Positions 6,886 to 13,819 of a stretch of 13,819 nucleotides of DNA are shown in pieces. A model generated the notes under the pieces. The model was not told the DNA's origin, made no database searches, and saw only the letters and a list, made by a program, of their open reading frames with translations. Location: assembly GCA_029974275.1 (NCBI GenBank), contig JARKSN010000069.1:1-13819 (forward strand), read 5' to 3'. The DNA is from Candidatus Hydrogenedentota bacterium. GTDB lineage: Bacteria > Hydrogenedentota > Hydrogenedentia > Hydrogenedentales > SLHB01. Every line of letters begins with the position of its first letter. The stretch's first letter is position 1. A program made the translations under genes and the position numbers.

Positions 6886-6923
6886 GCGGTTTCGCGCATT
6901 TCGACCAAGGAGGATCCTGCGCG

Positions 6924-8333
6924 ATGAAAACAGTCCTGGTCCTGCCCCCGTACGGAATGACCCAGTCCTACGGCGGCAAGGGTTCGATGAAGCGAGGAAT
7001 TCTTCCCCCGCTGGGCATCGGTTATCTTGTGAGTTCGCTCGAAACGCACGGACACGCAGCGGCGTTTGTCGACGCGTCCGTGCTGGGCTTGGACACGGAC
7101 GGGGCGGCGACGGCCGCGCTCGCCGAAAAACCGGATGTCATCGGCATATCGTGTCTCACGCGCCTGGCCCCTGCCGCCTATGCCTTGGCGGCGGAACTCA
7201 AACGGCGTGCGCCATCCATCCCCCTTGTTCTGGGCGGTCCGCATGCCACATCTTTTGCGGACTCGATTCTGGAGGAATGTCCGGCGATCGATATTCTCAT
7301 TCCCGGCGAGGCGGAATTCACGCTCGCCGAGACTTTAGACCGTCTAGAGCGGAAAGCGCCGCTTGACGACGTGCCCGGGGTGCTGTTTCGGGCTCCGGAC
7401 GGGCGGGTTGTCGCAACGCGTCCCCGGCCCGCCGTGCGCGATTTGGATGCTTTGCCCTTCCCCGCGCGCCGCATTTATCGCAACGACCTTTACGTTCCTT
7501 TGCCGAATCAATGCCGGCGCCGCCCGGCGACCACCGTGATCACGTCGCGTGGATGTCCGTACGCGCGGTGCGCATTCTGCTATCAGGGCGGCCGCTACGC
7601 ATCCCCATATCGCAGGAGAACGCCCGAGCACGTCATCGATGAAATGGCGCAACTGAAGCGAGAGTATGGAATCCGGGAGATCATTTTTTGGGACGACAAT
7701 TTCGCGATCGATTTCGAATGGATCGACGCGTTCTGCAATCTTCTCGATCGGAACAAGATGGATATGACCTGGACGGCATATGGGCGCGTGAACACGGTGA
7801 GTCCGGAAATGTTGCAGCGCATGGCGGCTTCCGGGTGTTACAGCATTTATTACGGATTTGAATCGGGAAATTCCGAAATGCTGCAACGCGTGTGCAAGGG
7901 CATCACCCTCGACGAATGCCGCTCCGCCGTGCGGTGGGCAAAAAAAGCCGATATGGAAATTCGTGGATCATTCATCTTGGGCATGCCCGGCGAAACGCCC
8001 GAAACCGCCGAAGAAACCATTCGTTTTGCATGCGAACTCAACGTCGATTGGATGGTCTTTCTGCCATACCGTCTTCAGCCTGCGACGCGACTTGCCGAGA
8101 CGGCGCTCCGTGAGGGAGTCGTGCTTGACGATCATCCGGACATTCACTTCCCGACCTATTTGCCCAAGGGATTTCCCGACGCGGAGTCGCTTGCGAACAC
8201 GGTTCGGTCCGCATATCGGCGCTATTATTTGCGGCCGGGCTATATATCGCGCGCGCTATGGCGATCGCGCCATCCCGCTGTGTTGCGCAACTATTGGGAC
8301 TCGTTCCGGTATTGGCTCTCGCTGGTGACCTGA
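6924..8333 (+). CDS. Cobalamin (B12)-binding domain radical SAM enzyme (class B methyltransferase / BchE-like family), 469 aa
   Basis: Start moved from 6483 to ATG 6924 (AAGGAGG upstream). B12-binding domain motifs PPLGIGYL, PDVIGIS, LVLGGPHAT, GEAEFTL, DLDALPFPAR. Radical SAM motifs TSRGCPYARCAFC, FWDDNF, YGFESGNSEML, FILGMPGET. Confidence 0.92.
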   Translation: MKTVLVLPPYGMTQSYGGKGSMKRGILPPLGIGYLVSSLETHGHAAAFVDASVLGLDTDGAATAALAEKPDVIGISCLTRLAPAAYALAAELKRRAPSIPLVLGGPHATSFADSILEECPAIDILIPGEAEFTLAETLDRLERKAPLDDVPGVLFRAPDGRVVATRPRPAVRDLDALPFPARRIYRNDLYVPLPNQCRRRPATTVITSRGCPYARCAFCYQGGRYASPYRRRTPEHVIDEMAQLKREYGIREIIFWDDNFAIDFEWIDAFCNLLDRNKMDMTWTAYGRVNTVSPEMLQRMAASGCYSIYYGFESGNSEMLQRVCKGITLDECRSAVRWAKKADMEIRGSFILGMPGETPETAEETIRFACELNVDWMVFLPYRLQPATRLAETALREGVVLDDHPDIHFPTYLPKGFPDAESLANTVRSAYRRYYLRPGYISRALWRSRHPAVLRNYWDSFRYWLSLVT

Positions 8334-8384
8334 TCGGCGTCGAGCGCTTGCGAAAAAGACCGCTGCCTGGCCCAACAAGGCGCC

Positions 8385-10370
8385 TCATTCGCCCAGCAGA
8401 TTGCGTCCCTCGAAATCCGTGGGGACAATCGCCCCTAAATAGCGCAGCGCCGTCACGCCTAGATCGATAAGCGACGGGTTCTGAACGGCGATGGAACGGT
8501 TGGCGAAAAATATCCCGTGCGAGATCGTTACGTCCGAGGCGGCGTGCTCCCCGCTCCATTTGCTGGTGTTGGGCTCGAACAACTCGGGCGGAGCCGCGCC
8601 TTTCGCGGCATCCTTCGTGCTCTGGTACCCCTCCGCGTATCCGAGTTCGATATCCGGCGCATCGGCCAGTTCCGTTCCCTTGTACGCATCGCGGGTGTAT
8701 ACCGCGTTGAATATTTTTTCGCCCGTAGCGGGATCCGTTACGGCCAACAGTTTGTCGCGAATCTCTGATATCACGGCGTTGGCCTGGTCCGACGGCACAA
8801 TGCCGTTGCGCTCACGTCCTTGTTGATTCAAGAAAATGCTGCCAAGCCCGATGCTGTACGCTTGAGTGCGCGACCAGTCGTAGCCCTGCAGGAACTCTTT
8901 TTTGTTGTGCGCTGTGGCGGCGTCCGAAGAACCTTCCACGGCGAGATATCCTTGGCGCACCAGCCACGTGTTCACATTGAATCCCATGCGAAAACTGTGG
9001 AATCCATGGTCGGACAAAATCATCAGAAGATCGCCCGGGGCCAGGCGGCTCATCACGTCTCCCACGATCGCGTCCATGCGTGCATAGAAATTTTCGACGG
9101 CGCGCCCGTATTTTTTCGCGCCGTTTTCGGTGTAGAGCGGATGCTTGGAATCGCGAAAACGCCAGAACATGTGCGCGATGCGATCAGGTTCGGCCCAAAC
9201 GCTGATAAGCAAACGGAACGCGCCGCGATCCATTTCGTCGAGGGTGATCTTGCGCCGCCATTCCATCGTAGCGGCGGCGTCCGCGATGAAGGAATCTTCG
9301 TCCAGCGCGCCAACGCGCAGCGCATGGGTGTCGCTTGCCCAGCCAATCGTCTTGTATAAGCCATGCCGGTCCGCAAGTTCTCCGGCATAGGCGGGCGGCG
9401 TGCTCATGCGAATCATCGGCGCGCGCGGGTGGAACATCAGACACGTCATGTACAACCGCACGGCATTGCCCGCCTCAAGCACGTGGGCTCGGCTGATCGC
9501 CCGGACCGTGTACTGCGGCGTCACCGAGAACGACCACTCAATCCATGGCGTCTCGTTGCCTTCCGCAACGGAGAGATTCTGCCCTTGAACCGATAGCGTG
9601 ACGGTTCGCGCCTTGCGATCGACGCTCACCGTCAGCGGGACGCGCGCAAAGGCATCCCATGCGGTTGGGTTTTTCACGCGCGGATCGCGAACGCCCGGCA
9701 ACTCGACCACGGCGACGTCGTCCCGGAACGCGAGAGGCAGGCGTATGCCGCCCGCCACTTCCTCGTTCATCTCCTCTGGCGTGAATGCATCGGACATCCA
9801 AAAGAACGTGCTCTGCGTCCCCCGGATGTCGGGAACTCCAAGCCCGCACAACATGCAACTATCCGTCAGGTCGTCGGCCGGATACGCGAACGGCACCGTG
9901 AGAACCTTGCTCCGTAGCCCTTGGCGGTCCGCCGTCGCCCAAAAACTCTCCCCTTTCCGATAACTTTGAAAAGAAGCGGGCCGGGTCAAACTCCCGTCGG
10001 GGGCGAGTTCGGGCTGTTTTGTCGCGCCGAACCCAACGTCGGGCGAGTACGTCTTCGGATCGCGCCGCAGAAAATCATACACCCCATGACTGCCGGGGTT
10101 TTTGCAGGTGGTGAAGGAAGACCAGGCCGTCGGCGACTGCGGCGGATTGCTCGAACCGAGACGCGCATAGGTCCCTTGTTTGCTCAACTGCGCCAAATGC
10201 GGCAACTCGCCCGAGGCAATCATCGCGTCGACGATGGAGGGCTCAACGCCGTCAAAACCCAGGATGATCACGCGAGACGTCTCTGTCTGCGAAGAGGGTT
10301 GTCCTGCGCAGGCAGTCGAAAACAACAAAACCCACAAGGTAAAAATAGTGACTGTCATTCGCATTGTCAT
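8385..10370 (-). CDS. Secreted alkaline phosphatase superfamily protein (type I phosphodiesterase / nucleotide pyrophosphatase, COG3379-like), ~661 aa
   Basis: N-terminal signal sequence. VIILGFDG (metal Asp). SSNPPQSPTAWSSFTTCKNPGSHGVYDF (Ser nucleophile region). EPDRIAHMFW, ILSDHGF and WSGEH metal-ligand motifs. GAAGGG lies 8 nt upstream of ATG 10370. Confidence 0.9.
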   Translation of the reverse strand: MTMRMTVTIFTLWVLLFSTACAGQPSSQTETSRVIILGFDGVEPSIVDAMIASGELPHLAQLSKQGTYARLGSSNPPQSPTAWSSFTTCKNPGSHGVYDFLRRDPKTYSPDVGFGATKQPELAPDGSLTRPASFQSYRKGESFWATADRQGLRSKVLTVPFAYPADDLTDSCMLCGLGVPDIRGTQSTFFWMSDAFTPEEMNEEVAGGIRLPLAFRDDVAVVELPGVRDPRVKNPTAWDAFARVPLTVSVDRKARTVTLSVQGQNLSVAEGNETPWIEWSFSVTPQYTVRAISRAHVLEAGNAVRLYMTCLMFHPRAPMIRMSTPPAYAGELADRHGLYKTIGWASDTHALRVGALDEDSFIADAAATMEWRRKITLDEMDRGAFRLLISVWAEPDRIAHMFWRFRDSKHPLYTENGAKKYGRAVENFYARMDAIVGDVMSRLAPGDLLMILSDHGFHSFRMGFNVNTWLVRQGYLAVEGSSDAATAHNKKEFLQGYDWSRTQAYSIGLGSIFLNQQGRERNGIVPSDQANAVISEIRDKLLAVTDPATGEKIFNAVYTRDAYKGTELADAPDIELGYAEGYQSTKDAAKGAAPPELFEPNTSKWSGEHAASDVTISHGIFFANRSIAVQNPSLIDLGVTALRYLGAIVPTDFEGRNLLGE

Positions 10371-10397
10371 GGCCGTTACCCTTCTGTCATGGTCGAC

Positions 10398-12143
10398 TTA
10401 GAGGCGTTCCGGGCGGCGGATATCGAGCGCCCTAATGCGTTGATACAGCGTATTCCGAGCGATGCCCAGCAGCCGTGACGTTTTGGCGATGTTCCAGTCC
10501 GTTTTCGTAAGGACCCTTTCGATGGCGTCACGGGAAGGGCTGTTAAGCGGTTCTGGAAGCGATTTGTCCATCTTCTCTTCCAGTTTACCATACTCATGGC
10601 GCAGAATTTCCAGCGGTAGATGGCTGGGCAGAATCTGCGTATCGCGGCATACGATGAATGCACGCTCCAGACAGTTTTCGAGTTCGCGGACGTTTCCCGG
10701 CCAGGGATACGTCATGAACAAATCCATCGTATCCGGCGCCACGCCTGCGATCGTCTTTTTGAACGCGCGGTTGAAGCGGCGGCAGAACCCCTCCACAAGC
10801 AGGGGAATGTCTTCGCGCCGTTCCCGCAAGGGCGGAATCTCGATGCGCACCACATTGAGACGGTAATACAAATCCTGCCGGAATTCGCCGTCGCGTATTT
10901 TGCGTTCCAGGTTCTGATTTGTCGAGGCAATCACGCGCACATGCGTGCGGATTGGGACGCTGTCCCCCACGCGTTCGAATTCGCGCTCCTGTATGACGCG
11001 CAGCAGGCGCAACTGCAAGCGCGGCGAGATGTCGCCTATCTCGTCGAGCAAAATCGTGCCGCCATCCGCAGCCTCGAAGCGCCCCACGCGATTTCTAATC
11101 GCGCCCGTAAATGCGCCCTTCACGTGCCCGAACAACTCGCTCTCGAGCAGGTCTTCCGACAGCGCCGCGCAATTGACCTTCAAAAACGGCCCCCTGGCGC
11201 GCGGTCCTGCATGATGCAACGCCGCCGCCACCAATTCTTTGCCCGTGCCGCTCTCCCCCAAGATAAGGGCCGTCGTGTCGGTCTCGGCGAGTTCCTTGAC
11301 CAGTGCGAAGATCGCCTGCATCTTCGCGCTTTTCCCGATGATATTGCGGTACTGCTGACTTTCCTCGACCTGCTGTTCGAGCCGCGTCAGTCGCGTCACG
11401 TCGCGAATCATCAGCAGGGCGCCCGAAAACCCTCCCCCTTCTCCGCGCAGCGGCGTGGTCGATACGACCAGAACGCGCGTTTCTCCCCCACTCGGCGTGA
11501 ATTCGATGCGCGTGTCCGGGGCCGATTGACGCGTCTTGAGGGTCTGCTCAAGCGCCTGTCGCGCGGCATCCAGGCCGTCAGGAAAAACGGAGGAAAAGGA
11601 GGGTGGGGTCTGGGCAGGCGCCGGGATCCCCAAAATGCCGATCGCGGAGGCATTGACGCGCTGAATTCGCATGTCGGCATCGACGGCGATGATGCCCTCA
11701 TTCACGCTGTTGAAAATAGCCTCAAGATCGCGACGGTATCGGTCGAGTTCCGCGGCATACGCGTCGCGTTCGCAGGCAATGCGTTGTCGATCCGCCGCCA
11801 AGCGCGTCACGCGTTTCAGCGCGTCGCCCGTAACGGGCTTGGGCAGATAATCAAAGGCGCCCAGACGCACCGCCTCCGAGGCCGTCTCAACATTCGGCTC
11901 GCCCGTGATCATCACGACGGGCACATGCAGTCCCCGCTCACGAACGGTCCGCAACAGATCCACGCCCGTGCGTCCGCCCAAAATGATATCCGTGATGATG
12001 ACATCCACAGGATGCCGCTCGATCGACAACACGGCCTGCGCATAATTATCGGCAATCGACACTTCGTGCCCGTCTTCTTTGAGGAACTCGCCAAAGGTCA
12101 GGCGCAGAACGTGTTCATCTTCTACAATCAGTACGCGGGCCAA
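10398..12143 (-). CDS. Sigma54-dependent transcriptional activator (NtrC/AtoC family): REC-PAS-AAA+-Fis HTH, 581 aa
   Basis: Start moved to TTG 12143 (AAGGAGAGGAG just upstream). REC: VLIVEDE, IITDIILG, VMITG, YLPKPV. PAS: AIFNSVNEGIIAVDADMRIQRVNASA...IRDVT. Walker A GESGTGKE, ELFGHVKGAFTGA, Walker B LLDEIGD, DLYYRLNV, WPGNVREL. HTH WNIAKTSRLLGIARNTLYQRI. Confidence 0.95.
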   Translation of the reverse strand: MARVLIVEDEHVLRLTFGEFLKEDGHEVSIADNYAQAVLSIERHPVDVIITDIILGGRTGVDLLRTVRERGLHVPVVMITGEPNVETASEAVRLGAFDYLPKPVTGDALKRVTRLAADRQRIACERDAYAAELDRYRRDLEAIFNSVNEGIIAVDADMRIQRVNASAIGILGIPAPAQTPPSFSSVFPDGLDAARQALEQTLKTRQSAPDTRIEFTPSGGETRVLVVSTTPLRGEGGGFSGALLMIRDVTRLTRLEQQVEESQQYRNIIGKSAKMQAIFALVKELAETDTTALILGESGTGKELVAAALHHAGPRARGPFLKVNCAALSEDLLESELFGHVKGAFTGAIRNRVGRFEAADGGTILLDEIGDISPRLQLRLLRVIQEREFERVGDSVPIRTHVRVIASTNQNLERKIRDGEFRQDLYYRLNVVRIEIPPLRERREDIPLLVEGFCRRFNRAFKKTIAGVAPDTMDLFMTYPWPGNVRELENCLERAFIVCRDTQILPSHLPLEILRHEYGKLEEKMDKSLPEPLNSPSRDAIERVLTKTDWNIAKTSRLLGIARNTLYQRIRALDIRRPERL

Positions 12144-12182
12144 TGGACTCCTCTCCTTGCGCCGGAACGGCAACTGCCGCAC

Positions 12183-12211
12183 AGGATATCCGCAGAGCAT
12201 TCGCAAGGCAA
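12183..12211 (-). promoter_or_regulatory. Sigma70-type promoter for the activator-phosphodiesterase operon
   Basis: TTGCCT (12211-12206), 17 nt, TATCCT (12188-12183). It lies downstream of the track's 12206 start, which supports TTG 12143. Confidence 0.5.
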
Positions 12212-12225
12212 GGCCGGCGGCGTTT

Positions 12226-12234
12226 TGCTATAAT
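12226..12234 (+). promoter_or_regulatory. Extended -10 promoter for the formyltransferase operon
   Basis: Perfect TGcTATAAT at 12226-12234. RBS GGAGG at 12256-12260. Confidence 0.65.
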
Positions 12235-12269
12235 CCGCCTGAGCAGGCGAAATCGGGAGGGGCGAACGA

Positions 12270-13031
12270 ATGCGCGTCGTATTCCTCGGAAACAATTGGG
12301 TGGGGTGGCAGGTTCTGTCGTATCTCGTCGAGCAGGGCGAAGATGTCGTCGCCGCCGTGTTGCATGCGCCGGGGAAGCGCACCTTCGAGGCGGAACTTGT
12401 CGGCGAGGCGATGCGCGAGGAGGCGCAACTCATCGGCGCGCCTGACCTGCACGCACCGGAAACGCTCGAACTTCTGCGCTCGCTCAAACCCGACATCGGC
12501 GTGTCGGCGATGTTCGACTACATCTTACGCAAACCCGTGCTGAACCTGTTTCCGCAAGGATGCCTCAATCTGCATCCCAGCTATTTGCCGTTCAACCGTG
12601 GACAGTACCCGAACGTCTGGAGCATCGTCGACGGCACGCCCGCCGGCGTCACGCTGCATTACATGGCCGAGACCATCGACACGGGCGATATCGTGGGCCA
12701 GATGGAAACACCCGTGTCGCCGTACGACACGGGAGAGACGTTGTACCGTCGGCTCGAAGAGGATTGCCTCGATCTTTTCAAAAGGACCTGGCCGTTGGTT
12801 CGCGCTGGCATGGCGCCGCGCACGCCGCAAGAACTCGACAAAGGCACGTGTCATCGCGTGCGCGACGTGGACGCTATCGATCCGATCGATCTCGATGCAA
12901 CGTATACCGCGCGCGACCTCATCAATCGCATGCGCGCACGCACGTTCCCGCCGCACTCCGGCGTCTACTATGACGTGAACGGCGAGCGCGTGTACGTGCG
13001 GGTGCAACTGTTGCGCGAGGATGAACTGTGA
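12270..13031 (+). CDS. N10-formyl-THF-dependent N-formyltransferase, probably acting on a nucleotide-linked amino sugar (VioF/Rv3404c-like rather than housekeeping Fmt), 253 aa
   Basis: Catalytic motifs CLNLHPSYLP and TLHYMAETIDTGDI. NRGQYPNVWSI replaces Fmt's YRGAAPIQ. The short C-terminal domain IDLDATYTARDLINRMRARTFPPHSGVYY...VYVRVQL resembles sugar N-formyltransferases. Confidence 0.85.
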   Translation: MRVVFLGNNWVGWQVLSYLVEQGEDVVAAVLHAPGKRTFEAELVGEAMREEAQLIGAPDLHAPETLELLRSLKPDIGVSAMFDYILRKPVLNLFPQGCLNLHPSYLPFNRGQYPNVWSIVDGTPAGVTLHYMAETIDTGDIVGQMETPVSPYDTGETLYRRLEEDCLDLFKRTWPLVRAGMAPRTPQELDKGTCHRVRDVDAIDPIDLDATYTARDLINRMRARTFPPHSGVYYDVNGERVYVRVQLLREDEL

Positions 13032-13819
13032 TGGATGATGCGACGCGCGCGGCACTTGCTCGACAGTTGGGTTATGTCATCGCCCATAGTCCGCTGTACC
13101 AAGCGAAATTCGCCGGATTGCGTGTCGATACGGAGTCGCTTTACGCGCTTCCGTTCACGGAGAAAGACGACGTCCTCGCGGACCAGGCGCAGCAGCCGCC
13201 CTTCGGCGCCAACCTCTGTGTCGATCCGTCGCGCGTGCAACGTGTCCAAAAAACCTCTGGCACGTCCGCGTGTCCCGTGTTCATCGCCTTGACGGCGCAC
13301 GACATCGAACGGACAGTCGAGACAGGTGCGCGCTGTTTTACTTCGGCGGGTCTGCGCCCCGACGACACCGTTGTCCACTGTCTCAATTACTGCCTCTGGA
13401 TGGGCGGTTACACGGACCACCAGAGTCTCGAACGCACCGGTGCGACGGTCGTGCCGTATGGCGTGGGCAATACAGCGGGACTCATCGACGCCATCCGCAC
13501 GTTACGCGTTACCGCGCTTCACTGCACGCCCTCGTACCTTGCCAAGCTTGAGACGGTCCTCGACCAAGAATTCGCCATGTCGCCGCGCGATCTGGGTCTT
13601 CGCATCGGGCTTTTCGCGGGCGAGGGCGGTCTGCAATCGCCGGAATTCCGCCGGCGCATCGAGGAGACATGGGGCATGATCCCTGTCAACGCGAATTACG
13701 GCGTATCCGAGGCGCTCAGCATGATCGCCGGGGAAGACGCGTCGCGCAACGGTCTACGCTTCATGGCCGATGGCGTGTTGCTGCCGGAACTGATCGACCC
13801 CGAGACGGGCGCCGTGCTG
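13031..13819 (+). CDS. Phenylacetate-CoA ligase / coenzyme F390 synthetase-like adenylate-forming enzyme, 3'-truncated by the window edge (263 codons visible)
   Basis: Not in the ORF track because there is no stop. Manual translation from ATG 13031 (TGATG overlap) gives MDDATRAALARQLGYVIAHSPLYQAKF...LPFTEKDDV...KTSGTSACP...AGLRPDDTV...LNYCLWMGG...GATVVPYGVGNT...LHCTPSYL...FAGEGG...RRRIEETWG...NYGVSE...LPELIDPETG. Confidence 0.88.
   Translation, partial: MDDATRAALARQLGYVIAHSPLYQAKFAGLRVDTESLYALPFTEKDDVLADQAQQPPFGANLCVDPSRVQRVQKTSGTSACPVFIALTAHDIERTVETGARCFTSAGLRPDDTVVHCLNYCLWMGGYTDHQSLERTGATVVPYGVGNTAGLIDAIRTLRVTALHCTPSYLAKLETVLDQEFAMSPRDLGLRIGLFAGEGGLQSPEFRRRIEETWGMIPVNANYGVSEALSMIAGEDASRNGLRFMADGVLLPELIDPETGAVL

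Noticed and set aside
6483..6923. 147-aa N-terminal extension of the radical SAM ORF in the track
   Set aside because: It overlaps the minus-strand lipoprotein gene and both promoters. The strong RBS and domain start point to ATG 6924.
6708..6923. Cobalamin riboswitch upstream of the B12 radical SAM gene
   Set aside because: I see no B12-box or conserved core, and the predicted 5' UTR is only ~30 nt.
8334..8384. Expected bidirectional terminator between the convergent genes
   Set aside because: No convincing stem-loop with a U-tract on either strand.
12144..12206. Track start 12206 for the activator
   Set aside because: It lies within the predicted promoter. The receiver domain begins right after TTG 12143, which has an RBS.
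12214..12229. Sigma54-like CCGGCGGCGTTTTGCT upstream of the formyltransferase
   Set aside because: Spacing is GG-N9-GC, not the strict N10. The TTGC is explained by the extended -10 TGcTATAAT.
10620..12233. 537-aa plus-strand ORF
   Set aside because: Antisense to an unambiguous sigma54 activator gene.
12270..13031. Calling this gene fmt (methionyl-tRNA formyltransferase)
   Set aside because: It is too short (253 aa), lacks the FMGTP start, the RGAAP motif and the tRNA-binding C-terminal domain, and has no adjacent def.
13035..13679. Short track ORFs (13035..13292, 13270..13551, 13326..13679 and their antisense partners)
   Set aside because: All are out-of-frame or antisense overlaps of the PaaK-like CDS starting at 13031.
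1..13819. CRISPR array, tRNA/rRNA, IS element, prophage or defence system
   Set aside because: No regularly spaced repeats, RNA-gene signatures, or transposase, integrase or nuclease motifs were seen. Nearly all the sequence is explained by the listed CDSs.

Overview
GC-rich bacterial chromosomal segment with no RNA genes, CRISPR arrays or mobile elements that I can see. The C-terminal dockerin-like repeat (GDxDxD...DVQLxINAAL twice) suggests a lineage such as Candidatus Hydrogenedentes; this is inference. Left part, minus strand: a ~116-aa lipoprotein, a 60-aa small ORF with its own near-consensus sigma70 promoter, and a probable operon. The operon holds an 860-aa lipoprotein built from three tandem LolA-like domains and two secreted tandem-paralogous pectate-lyase-3/GH28-like beta-helix proteins, the second with BACON and dockerin modules. 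It is preceded by a correctly spaced candidate sigma54 (-24/-12) promoter. Centre: a divergently transcribed B12-binding radical SAM enzyme converges on an operon of a REC-PAS-AAA+-Fis sigma54 activator and a secreted alkaline-phosphatase-superfamily (NPP-type) enzyme. Right end, plus strand: a sugar-nucleotide-type N-formyltransferase is translationally coupled to a PaaK/F390-synthetase-like ligase that runs off the window and is missing from the ORF track. The most novel-looking items are the triple-LolA lipoprotein with CxC motifs, the promoter-supported small peptide beside it, and a possible local sigma54 circuit. All product calls come from motif recognition by eye; no searches were run.
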